Assembly (NCBI RefSeq): GCF_000002075.1
Contig: NW_004797665.1
Span: 113,886 to 172,246 of the forward strand
DNA length: 58,361 bases
Source of the DNA: Aplysia californica
Lineage: Eukaryota
Direction: 5' to 3'
Part shown: positions 25,646-38,464 of the stretch, in pieces
How positions within the stretch are numbered: position 1 is the stretch's first letter
How the letters are laid out: each line of letters opens with the position of its first letter
The notes under the pieces: model-generated
What the model was told of the DNA's origin: nothing
Seen by the model: only the letters and a program-made list of their open reading frames with translations
Databases searched by the model: none
Translations under genes and position numbers: made by a program

Positions 25646-26753
25646 TCGCCCATTTTTAACTATTCGCACAAACTTCTGAAACCAGTGAATGACGTAAAAG
25701 CGCAGCTTTAAATAAAAGATCTAAAAGAGGTCATTGTGCTCCGTGTATATCAAGTTCCCTCCCTAGCCTACCTTAAGCTTATCTCTTCCCTCGTCAAACA
25801 TTCCTCACAATGAAAGAGCCCTCACGGGGGAACGTGCACCCCGACACCCGCCCACTCATCATCAAACAAGCCGCCACCTTCTGTTTGCATCACCTCGGGA
25901 AAAGAAAAGGCGGCGCCGCATGCGGGAGCTATAGAATCTAAGACTATACTGATCAATCAAGCCCTATCTGAGGCGAGAACCAATGACAACCATTCCATTG
26001 TTTGCTTTGATTTCCTCGAGCCGGCCAAACAGATGTTCGGTATTTGAGAGCCTGTGGTATCATGCCTGCTACAGATTTGTTTTACGACATTTCAAACAAG
26101 GAGACCAGTCGCTCCTACTGCATCTTACGTCTCGGCTCACAACTGGAGATTTTGCCTTACTCAGATTATACAGTAGTTTTCCACTCCAAAATGCCAAAGG
26201 TCCGCTAATTTGCCCGACATGCTAATCACCTTTTCTTTGGAGGCAGGCCCCTGCCTGATTAGCTAATTACTATCTCTTACTTGAGTATATCACAACACGG
26301 GGTGCATTTGCCACTTGGCAAACGAGATGGGTTACGTTAGGGATTGTGAGTGAAGCTCCTTTCACATTCACAACAAGTTGTCGTTTCCCGGAGGCTGAGT
26401 GTTGTTATAGTGCTCACGTTGAGAGAGTACACTAGTGGGGGTATTTATTGTCATGTCAAAACCACCTTCAAGTTTGACTTTCCGTGTTTCGGCTGTATTG
26501 AGAGAAATCACAACTCACCTTTTTATTTCTGGTTTCATTGTATTTTCAGTGGGTACATTTCTCTCTCCTTTGATAATATCTGACGGTGCCTCTATATTTC
26601 CTTTTGTCTCTTTCTCTGTCTTTCTCTCTTTTTCCCTCTCTGTCTCTCCCGTTCTCGGTGTCTATATTTTCTTTATCTTTTTCTTCTCTCTTTTTATGCT
26701 TTCTTTTCCACTCTCTATCGTTTCTCCTCCTTCTCTCTCTCATACTCTCTCTC

Positions 26754-26795
<42 letters not shown>

Positions 26796-29340
26796 CCTCT
26801 CTGCCTTTTGTCTCACCCACTTTCTCTCTCTATTTCTCTCATTCGTGATTTTTCGTTCAAAAACTCCTATTTCTTCTCTTTTCTTTTCTTGTTCTTTCTG
26901 TAAATAGAAAAAAAGCCTAGGTCACGTTTTTACCTTTTCAGACAACTACAGGCCGTTTTTCACAGTTGTGTCCCTTCAGCCAGAGCCACCAATCGCAGGC
27001 CGTCATTGAATCATATGATCTCCCCTCTCCTGGGGAGTCAAGTCAATTGAACCGAACAATCAACGAACCTCGAAACCCGGAAGTCGGTAGTATCCCGCTG
27101 AAGATGTCGAAAAGTTGACAACAGTTGAAATGGAACACCGCATTGAGGTTATATTTTGCCTCTGCTCCTTGGCATTCTTTTGCTCAGAAGCAGTACTTAA
27201 CAGTAAGTCAAGATTTATTGTGTTTTCCCCTCTTTAGCATGTAATTTTATCCTAAAACTCTAATACATCTTCAAATAATTGTCTTACCTGACTTGACCTA
27301 CTTTTGCAACATGGCGGACAGGTGAAAACGCGGAAATGAAAGTTGACAATCGTATAGATCTAGATCTAGATTTAGATATCTATTAGATCTGTATGACAAC
27401 TCGTTGCTAACATTTTTTGGGTAAATTTTTGCTTTCACTTCTGCACACAGATGCACTGCTTCGGGGGGAGGACTTCTATAACGATCGACCACAATGAAAC
27501 AGAGTAGAAAAGAGGCAGAGGGTTAGAAAGTTACTAGTTTTTAGGGACAGGGTTGGGGTAGATCTAGAGGTAAGGGTTGGGTTAGGGTTAGATCTAGATA
27601 TCTAGGTCTCTCTTCTTTATTGTGTTTTTTGGGGTGGTCGCTCGTTGCGGAAGTCCTTCCGCTTCGGGGGGTCAAGCTGCAGTACTCTGTAACAGTAAAG
27701 TTGATACGGGAAAGTAAACTTGAACTTTATTTCTCTGAACGGTTTCTGTTCTCGAGATTTGTCGATAATAAACGAAGGGAGTGGCTCGTGTATGTGTGTG
27801 TGTGTGTGTATGTCAGTGTGTGTTTAAGGTGTGAACAGGGNNNNNNNNNNNNNNNNNNNNNNNNNNNNNNNNNNNNNNNNNNNNNNNNNNNNNNNNNNNN
27901 NNNNNNNNNNNNNNNNNNNNNNNNNNNNNNNNNNNNNNNNATCTATCTATCTATAATATGTATTATGGTAGGTACCCATAAAGAGACATCGTAATTCTGA
28001 TTTGGTTACAGCACCCAACTTGCCCCACCCCGCCCCACCTCAGAAGAGACCCCTGAACTGTATCTATACCCCGGGCTAAAATATTACGTCTGGTTCTTTT
28101 CCCCCTTCCATAACAAAAAAGTTTGACTTTGAACTCTAACAACTGACGGTTCCATGTAAACTATACGGTTGCTTTAAGCTATTTCAACTTATAAGTTTTT
28201 TAAACTTGAAACTATCGCATCCTCCTTCAGAAACTGAGAGTAATTGCGTTCGTATTGATATTTCTATCTGTTTTCTAAATACTCACTTTCCTAAAGAAAA
28301 CAAAGGATGGAAACGATCGTATCCATAATGAGCTTCTGGTGTTGAGGTCTTACTGCAACCCAAAATAGTTCACATATTTAACGGAACGATTAAGAAGTGA
28401 GTTTCAAAAAGTATCTTCTCTCTGCTAAATGGATGTATTTTAAGATTACCATGTTTATTTTGAAGGCTGAATAATGCGCGAACGTTGCATTCTCGGGCTT
28501 ACTTTGTTCCCATCCTGCACATTTTTTTATTTCTTTCTCTCAAACTGCTCAACTTTTTGTCCAGGGCTGTTGTTTGGGATATTTTTTTAAATTGTATTTT
28601 TGTTTTCTTTTCTTTTGTTTTATTATGGTGGGTTCTTTGGTTTGGCTTTTGATATATTTTTTTTGTTTTTCAAGTTTTGGTGAGGAGTGGGTTTTTTTAA
28701 TGTTTGGGTTGCCTGTTGTTTTTGACTTATTTTGTGTTTGTTTGTTCATCTGTTTGTTTGCTTGTTTGTTTTGTTTGTTTCATTTGTTTGTTTGCTTGCT
28801 TTTGGGAGGTTGTATGCGGTGGGGGTGGGGTAAAAATAGCTCTGGGTGAATCCGTCAGAGTAAGTGACAGCTTTATGATTATGCTCAGGTGAGATTCTTT
28901 TACGTGTTATTTATTATGCAGGGTCTTTTCGGTTAGGTGTGGGGAAAGAGCTGTAGACAATGCTTTAAGAAAACTCAATAAATATCACAAATTTATTCTT
29001 TTAGAGCTGGTGCATAGTCAGTTATTTATGACAACTGGTTACACTCCTGTATTCTCTCTTTTCCNNNNNNNNNNNNNNNNNNNNNNNNNNNNNNNNNNNN
29101 NNNNNNNNNNNNNNNNNNNNNNNNNNNNNNNNNNNNNNNNNNNNNNNNNNNNNNNNNNNNNNNNNNNNNNNNNNNNNNNNNNNNNNNNNNNNNNNNNNNN
29201 NNNNNNNNNNNNNNNNNNNNNNNNNNNNNNNNNNNNNNNNNNNNNNNNNNNNNNNNNNNNNNNNNNGTTTGTCTTTGTTTATGTTTGTCTGTCTGTCCGT
29301 CCGTCTGTCCCCATCTCTCTCCTCTCTCCTTCCCTCTTTT

Positions 29341-29393
<53 letters not shown>

Positions 29394-31058
29394 TTCCCAC
29401 TTATCCATCTGTGCAAATGCCACTCTGTATATCCATTTATCCCTCCTTGTATATGTTTCTTGGGGGCGAACAAGTCTTGGGATGGGCTAAAACAAAAGGA
29501 AATCAGGATCAGATTCTTTTACGAGACTTTTTTAGATTCACTGTGATAGAAGAGCTAAAAGCACAAACACGCGTCTTGCAGAAAAACCCAGAGAGTTGAG
29601 TACAGTCGAGCTATGTACTCACGTGTGAAGACGCCTTAACCAGTGTTATTTTCCCAGTGGGAACCTGACGACAACGAAAACGTTTGCCAAGAAAATAAAG
29701 AGAGGAGTTTTCCTCCCTCGCGCGGGCGGTGACGGAACGCGGTTCACGCGCGAACCTCATCTCGCTCGTGCATTACTCAAATTGCGAAATGCCGAGTGGC
29801 TCAGCTCCGCACCGCGCGGGATATACTAGCGTGAGTAGTTGTCTCACCGGCTACAAGCGGTATTCCAGATCAGAACAAATGCCAGAGAGATTTGGCCAAA
29901 ATTGACAGCGTGTCTACCTACCTATGAAAAGATAAGAAGCCGTAATGTTTCTTATGTCAATCGTCTGTCTTCTGCGTGGGTTAGCGGAGAACACTATAGG
30001 GGTACCTCTTGACGGCATCACTCAGTGCAGGCGCTGATAGAAATTCTCGACCTGTCTGTCCAATGTGATAAAATCGGAAGTCGTCTCATAAAGGAATGAG
30101 ACCATACAAATTATGTCTACACCCCCATTAATCTTCCACCACAAACGCCACTCATTAGGTATAGCCGCGCCACCCAGAACTCCAAAGTTTCCTCACATTT
30201 CGTCACTTTCAATTGACGCCGTCGTCCGTTACAAGAATTTCTACTCTTGACAACCGTCCAATCATTCATTCCTTCTTTGCATTAGCACATTTACAAGCCC
30301 CCTCCTTCTCCCATTCCCACCTCTACCCATTTTAATTAACCTCTTATACAAAAAACTAAAGAAATGGTAGGATAACTGATACTCGCTCCTTTTGAGAAGT
30401 GGTGTTCTAATTCTTTGGGAAAACATCTTTTATAACTATAATCTTCTTCATGATACAGTACCTTCCTAAACTATATAATATACGATCTGACTTCTACCAA
30501 AAGCTAGAATTCAAATGAACTGCTTTCCCTCCTTACTCCTAATTAAAAGTCGTTCTTCGGTTGTGGATAGATCGAAAAAGGGGATTCCTGAATGTTGTGA
30601 CTGTTATCCACCATCCATATTCAGTGATAAAAGCTTTCTATGCCACCAGATAAAAACCATAATCGCATGGCTTCATGAATCCTTGTTTTACATGAGCCTA
30701 GGGCTGAACAATGAATTATTTAGTCTTCGAGTAAAAGCGAGTGAGCCAGAGCAAAATAATACACTTACACTGACCCTCTTACAATGTGGAATAAAAGAAA
30801 CAACGCCCACTCCTGATGCTGTTACTGCTNNNNNNNNNNNNNNNNNNNNNNNNNNNNNNNNNNNNNNNNNNNNNNNNNNNNNNNNNNNNNNNNNNNNNNN
30901 NNNNNNNNNNNNNNNNNNNNNNNNNNNNNNNNNNNNNNNNNNNNNNNNNNNNNNNNNNNNNNNNNNNNNNNNNNNNNNNNNNNNNNNNNNNNNNNNNNNN
31001 NNNNNNNNNNNNNNNNNNNNNNNNNNNNNNNNNNNNNNNNNNNNNNNNNNNNNNNNNN

Positions 31059-31205
31059 CTACTCCTACTATAAAAACAACAACAACAACAACAACAACTA
31101 CTACTACTACTACTGCTGTTACTACTGCTACTACTACTACTACTACAACTACTACTGCTATTACCACTACTACCACTACCACTACTGCTGCTGCTGCTGC
31201 TGCTG

Positions 31206-31259
<54 letters not shown>

Positions 31260-31393
31260 ATGCTGCTGCTGCTTCTTTTTCTACTCAAAATGACGACGAT
31301 TATAACTGATAATAATAATAATAACCATCACAATGATAATACTGATGATGATGACAATGATATAATAATTATAATAAGAGCGAAGATGATGAT
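31059..31393. repeat. Compound trinucleotide microsatellite (ACA/ACT/GCT/AAT/GAT)n
   Basis: Directly visible between two gaps. Confidence 0.95.
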
Positions 31394-31571
31394 ANNNNNN
31401 NNNNNNNNNNNNNNNNNNNNNNNNNNNNNNNNNNNNNNNNNNNNNNNNNNNNNNNNNNNNNNNNNNNNNNNNNNNNNNNNNNNNNNNNNNNNNNNNNNNN
31501 NNNNNNNNNNNNNNNNNNNNNNNNNNNNNNNNNNNNNGATGACTGATGATAAATATAAAAAAGAAGAAGAC

Positions 31572-34500
31572 AACACTGATGATGATGTTGATGTTCATTT
31601 CCCAGTTCGGGATAATTATTTTACTCTGATCCAAAATCTCCTCCAACACCACCACCTACTTTCATTACTACCTCTTACCCCTTGCAGTCTCACCAGCTTG
31701 CCCCTCCCACCCCCTACCCTCGCCCAACTCCTCCTTTGCTTTGCGTAATAACAAGTACATTCGACGATTGACCTCTCTTCACCTTTCGGGCCTTAGCGCT
31801 CAACTTCCGTAGCAAGCCTCGAGTGACCATATAATATTGTTATTTCTTCTTTGCCCCCCCCCTCCCCTTTTTTTCCTCTGCCCATCCATAACTTATTCAA
31901 CACTTCCCAGCTGTGAGCTAGCAGTTCAAGAATAAAGTCATAACCTAATTACTATAGGCCAACCAGTTATTTAAAATTAACTTTGGTAACTTTTACAAGC
32001 CTTGATATTTCTCGATGGATAAAATTATAAAATTTTCTTGGAAATTCTACAAGTCTCAACCCTTTTTTNNNNNNNNNNNNNNNNNNNNNNNNNNNNNNNN
32101 NNNNNNNNNNNNNNNNNNNNNNNNNNNNNNNNNNNNNNNNNNNNNNNNNNNNNNNNNNNNNNNNNNNNNNNNNNNNNNNNNNNNNNNNNNNNNNNNNNNN
32201 NNNNNNNNNNNNNNNNNNNNNNNNNNNNNNNNNNNNNNNNNNNNNNNNNNNNNTAATTGTTGCAATTCTGTTTGCTCATGGATATGTGTAACCATTTAAT
32301 AATACTTGTATTTAAAACAGCTCTCTCATAAAACCTCTGTTCCAAAAACTTGACGTCTAGCTGTGGGCAAGGCGGGAAGAGAAGTTCACTTGTTGTATGG
32401 TCGCTTTTAGGCACAAGGCGGCTATCCCGAAAAATACTGTTTTGATAAAATCGAAGGTAAAGTTTTTACCCCTTGTTCGGTTTCTTTAAAAGACATCTAG
32501 AGTTTTCTCTATAACCAAACAAATATACACACCAATGAAACCAAACTTCTCCTATAGGTAGGACAATGCCCAATTTTGGTGTAGGTCAAGGTTTCTGGAA
32601 ACCCCCGAAATCTGGGTTAGCCCGCTTGTCCTGAAAAGCGACCATATTAGGTCTACAGGGTATAGAACTTCTGTCATCGTAAAAGCTGTGTAAAAACTAT
32701 TAATTCTTATTATGAATTGATAATGTCTATAATTGATTTGTTGCATAAGCAAGTTTTTAATTAGATCTATATCCTCTGAGCGATGATATATTTATGAAAT
32801 GACAAGACTGTCTAACAGTAGGATTATCATCGTAATATGAACCAATCTAAATGATGGTATTTTAGTACACTTTTTCTAGACGAAAATTTGATCTGGACGC
32901 CTTAGTGTGTGCGTCGGGATCAATTTTGAGAGGGTTTTTATTTTAATACAATGTTTACTTGCGAATATTATATTCATCCATTTGATAATACATGTATTTG
33001 AAACTGCTTTTCTCACAAAAACTGTTCATTGCTCTAAAGGCGAGACACATTTAAATCTGAGCAATATGGGAAAGTTTAACTTGTTATGTTATATAGACCA
33101 GATAGAGCTGCAGCAGTCATCATAAAAGCTGTGTGAAAACTATTAATTAATTATGAATTCATCATATCTATTACTGTTTTGTTGCATATGCAATTTTTTC
33201 ATCATATTCTCTGAGAGGAGATATATGAAATGACAAGACTGTCTGACGTTAGGATTACTATCTTTTTATACGAACAAATCTAAGTTTTTGTATTTCAATA
33301 TTCTACTTTCCTACGAAATCAGATTTGGGCGCCTTAATTTGTGTATCTTGATAAGTTCTTGGGAGTTTCTTTTTAATACATGTTTATTGTTTTTGTCATC
33401 CATCCCTCCCTGGCAATTCATTATTAGGATACCATCATGGACTTGCGCGTATTCTAGGATTATACGGGCATTGTGGAACTTGAAATTGTCACACGAATTG
33501 GATAAATATGAAACNNNNNNNNNNNNNNNNNNNNNNNNNNNNNNNNNNNNNNNNNNNNNNNNNNNNNNNNNNNNNNNNNNNNNNNNNNNNNNNNNNNNNN
33601 NNNNNNNNNNNNNNNNNNNNNNNNNNNNNNNNNNNNNNNNNNNNNNNNNNNNNNNNNNNNNNNNNNNNNNNNNNNNNTTTTGTTTTAGTTTGTTTTTTGT
33701 TGTTTTGGGGGTTTTTTGGGTGGGGGGTGTTTTTCTTTATTTTAGGGAAGTGTGTAAAAGTAAACTTAGGCCCTCCATTCAGAACTTACCTGCCTTCTCT
33801 GCACAATCAGGGTCTCTACTCTCCAGAGGGCCACGGCTGGGTCGCAGCGATGACACTTATTATAATTATTTAAAGAAAGTGGGAGGGGTGTCAAAAATCA
33901 CACCCACCTTTTTTTTGTATGTCAGACGAGTTCATGCGTTTTTAGTTAAAACTTTGCATTAGATCATCTCACTGTACAATAAATTCCCTTCCTGTATTCA
34001 TTTCTAAATGGGTGAAGTACGCCTCAACAGAAGTAACAATTATACGTATATCCGCCGACTAGAGTGGACCACTCATAAGGCTCCCGTTGGCTTTGATAAT
34101 GCAAAACGATCGGAAAGGTGAAACAATAGGCCCATTTTTTGATCGGCACAGCACCAACCTTCTACGCATCATCGCCTTCCACTTTGGCGTTTCCGGCGGC
34201 ATGGATTAATATTTGATGTACTAATGTGAAACAAAGAGAGGGATAACACGCTTGTTTTGTCCCCATCCAAGGACGGGCCGAGCGTGAACCTGCTAAAGAA
34301 TGAACCCCGATCATATGGATTATTGAGTTCTGTTTAAGTGACTGTACGGAACTGTTACTCACTTTGCTGCCCGATTTATATTCATTTATTCGAAAGCCTT
34401 AGCTTTTTGTTTCACACAGGCCGCTGCCATTGCTCTTGTGTCGATAAGGGTTACATTTCTAACCCATCCTCTTCCACTTATTCAACTCCTAGTCATACAA

Positions 34501-35538
34501 GATTTTCGCAACTTTGCTTTTCCTAATTCGACTTAAATTCGCATATGCTATACATGTAATCAATTCTTATTTATGCAGAGCTTTTTGGAATGACTATGAG
34601 ACTTTCTACTCTCTACCTTATTCCTTCAAGTCTTTTTCTACTTGAGTAACTTAAAAGTTGTTTCAGTAGCTTGTCTTCTCAAAACTGTATAATGCGAAAT
34701 GTACTCATCGAAAAGGGACTTTTTACCAGTATGTTATTCTAGATATGTCTTACTTCATTTACATGTATATGTTCTGATCCGCTCCCGATATATCATGAAG
34801 TACCAGCATCCGAGAAAGAAAACGTCGGATTATCAAGAATCTTCCGAAAGACACTGTGCTTTGGTCTTTACTTGGGGGGAGATAGGTGGACNNNNNNNNN
34901 NNNNNNNNNNNNNNNNNNNNNNNNNNNNNNNNNNNNNNNNNNNNNNNNNNNNNNNNNNNNNNNNNNNNNNNNNNNNNNNNNNNNNNNNNNNAACACTGAT
35001 GATGATGTTGATGTTCATCTCCCAGTTCGGGATAATTATTTTACTCTAACCCAAAATCTCCTCCAACACCACCACCTACTTTCATTACTACCTCTTACCC
35101 CTTGCAGTCTCACCAGCTTGCCCCTCCCACCCCCTACCCTCGCCCAACTCCTCCTTTGCTTTGCGTAATAACAAGTATATTCGACGATTGACCTCTCTTC
35201 GCCTTTCGGGCCTTAGCGCTCAACTTCCGTAGCAAGCCTCGAGTGACCATATAATATTGTTATTTCTTCTTTGCCCCCCCCCCTCCCCTTTTTTTCCTCT
35301 GCCCATCCATAACTTATTCAACACTTCCCAGCTGTGAGCTAGCAGTTCAAGAATAAAGTCATAACCTAATGACTATAGGCCAACCAGTTATTTAAAATTA
35401 ACTTTGGTAACTTTTACAAGCCTTGATATTTCTCGATGGATAAAATTATAAAATTTTCTTGGAAATTCTACAAGTCTCAACCCTTTTTTTATTCTCTGCT
35501 GTTTCCAATGATGATGATGATGATGATGATGGTGATGG

Positions 35539-35574
<36 letters not shown>

Positions 35575-36912
35575 GCATTATTTTGAGCACTTAATTGTTG
35601 CAATTCTGTTTGCTCATGGATATGTGTAACCATTTAATAATACTTGTATTTAAAACAGCTCTCTCATAAAACCTCTGTTCCAAAAACTAGACGTCTAGCT
35701 GTGGGCAAGGCGGGAAGAGAAGTTCACTTGTTGTATGGTCGCTTTTAGGCACAAGGCGGCTATCCCGAAAAATACTGTTTTGATAAAATCGAAGGTAAAG
35801 TTTTTACTCCTTGTTCGGTTTCTTTAAAAGACATCTAGAGTTTTCTCTATAACCAAACAAATATACACACCAATGAAACCAAACTTCTCCTATAGGTAGG
35901 ACAATGCCCAATTTTGGTGTAGGTCAAGGTTTCTGGAAATCCCCGAAATCTGGGTTAGCCCGCTTGTCCTGAAAAGCGACCATATTAGGTCTACAGGGTA
36001 TAGAACTTCTGTCATCGTAAAAGCTGTGTAAAAACTATTAATTCTTATTATGAATTGATAATGTCTATAATTGATTTGTTGCATAAGCAAGTTTTTAATT
36101 AGATCTATATCCTCTGAGCGATGATATATTTATGAAATGACAAGACTGTCTAACAGTAGGATTATCATCGTAATATGAACCAATCTAAATGATGGTATTT
36201 TAGTATACTTTTTCTAGACGAAAATTTGATCTGGACGCCTTAGTGTGTGCGTCGGGATCAATTTTGAGAGGGTTTTTATTTTAATACAATGTTTACTTGT
36301 GAATATTATATTCATCCATTTGATAATACATGTATTTGAAACTGCTTTTCTCACAAAAACTGTTCATTGCTCTAAAGGCGAGACACATTTAAATCTGGGC
36401 AATATGGGAAAGTTTAACTTGTTATGTTATATAGACCAGATAGAGCTGCAGCAGTCATCATAAAAGCTGTGTGAAAACTATTAATTAATTATGAATTCAT
36501 CATATCTATTACTGTTTTGTTGCATATGCAATTTTTTCATCATATTCTCTGAGAGGAGATATATGAAATGACAAGACTGTCTGACGTTAGGATTACTATC
36601 TTTTTATACGAACAAATCTAAGTTTTTGTATTTCAATATTCTACTTTCCTACGAAATCAGATTTGGGCGCCTTAATTTGTGTATCTTGATAAGTTCTTGG
36701 GAGTTTCTTTTTAATACATGTTTATTGTTTTTGTCATCCATCCCTCCCTGGCAATTCATTATTAGGATACCATCATGGACTTGCGCGTATTCTAGGATTA
36801 TACGGGCATTGTGGAACTTGAAATTGTCACACGAATTGGATAAATATGAAACATCGGAAGAGGGAGTGTTTGCGTGTGTATGTGTGTGTGCGTTTGTTTG
36901 TTTGTTTGTTGT

Positions 36913-36943
<31 letters not shown>

Positions 36944-38464
36944 GTTTATTCAGTGTTTTTTTGTAGTTTTGTTTTAGTTTGTTTTTTGTTGTTTTGGGGT
37001 TTTTTTGGGTGGGGGGTGTTTTTCTTTATTTTAGGGAAGTGTGTAAAAGTAAACTTAGGCCCTCCATTCAGAACTTACCTGCCTTCTCTGCACAATCAGG
37101 GTCTCTACTCTCCAGAGGGCCACGGCTGGGTCGCAGCGATGACACTTATTATAATTATTTAAAGAAAGTGGGAGGGGTGTCAAAAATCACACCCACCTTT
37201 TTTTTGTATGTCAGACGAGTTCATGCGTTTTTAGTTAAAACTTTGCATTAGATCATCTCACTGTACAATAAATTCCCTTCCTGTATTCATTTCTAAATGG
37301 TTGAAGTACGCCTCAACAGAAGTAACAATTATACGTATATCCGCCGACTAGAGTGGACCACTCATAAGGCTCCCGTTGGCTTTGATAATGCAAAACGATC
37401 GGAAAGGTGAAACAATAGGGCCATTTTTTGATCGGCAGAGCACCAACCTTCTACGCATCATCGCCTTCCACTTTGGCGTTTCCGGCGGCATGGATTAATA
37501 TTTGATGTACTAATGTGAAACAAAGAGAGGGATAACACGCTTGTTTTGTCCCCATCCAAGGACGGGCCGAGCGTGAACCTGCTAAAGAATGAACCCGGAT
37601 CATATGGATTATTGAGTTCTGTTTAAGTGACTGTACGGAACTGTTACTCACTTTGCTGCCCGATTTATATTCATTTATTCGAAAGCCTTAGCTTTTTGTT
37701 TCACACAGGCCGCTGCCATTGCTCTTGTGTCGATAAGGGTTACATTTCTAACCCATCCTCTTCCACTTATTCAACTCCTAGTCATACAAGATTTTCGCAA
37801 CTTTGCTTTTCCTAATTCGACTTAAATTCGCATATGCTATACATGTAATCAATTCTTATTTGTGCAGAGCTTTTTTGGAATGACTATGAGACTTTCTACT
37901 CTCTACCTTATTCTTTCAAGTTTTTTTCTACTTGTGTAACTTAAAAGTTGTTTCAGTAGCTTGTCTTCTCAAAACTGTATAATGCGAAATGTACTCATCG
38001 AAAAGGGACTTTTTACCAGTATGTTATTCTAGATATGTCTTACTTCATTTACATGTATATGTTCTGATCCGCTCCCGATATATCATGAAGTACCAGCATC
38101 CGAGAAAGAAAACAGAATAAGGTTAACCACCCATGTTCTTATTTTTCCTTCTCTTTGATCCCATCTCTTTATGCAGTGTATGTAAGGACAAATACACGGG
38201 TGAGCAAAAGGTACACCATGCGAGCAATCGGGACACAACTAGTAGATAGTTTCAAAGAGAATGCCATGGTGAACTGGAAATTATAGGTAAAACAATGTGC
38301 TATAGATGTAGCTGTGGTTGACGTGGCACTTTGCATGCAAGTTAAATTGAGGGCTTTCAGGTACAGTCTGTTCATATCTGGCACTGAAAAAACAACGTCG
38401 AATTATCAAGAATCTTCCGAAAGACACTGTGCTTTGGTCTTTACTTGGGGGGAGATAGGTGGAC
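31572..38464. repeat. ~3.2-kb near-identical tandem duplication (31572-34891 and 34992-38464), probably uncollapsed haplotypes
   Basis: About 20 substitutions seen by eye plus a 283-bp indel. The copies are separated by exactly 100 N. Confidence 0.9.
35508..35573. repeat. (ATG)n microsatellite
   Basis: Directly visible; fills the position of the 32069-32253 gap in the other duplicate copy. Confidence 0.95.

Noticed and set aside
26942-27009. Acceptor-like ccttttCAG followed by DNYRPFFTVVSLQPEPPIAGRH*, sharing 12 nt with microexon E
   Set aside because: No frame-compatible strong donor and no supporting poly(A) context; the 12-nt match is probably chance.
30515-31309. Thr/Ala-rich mucin-like ORF
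   Set aside because: Compound trinucleotide microsatellite between gaps, with no supporting splice sites.
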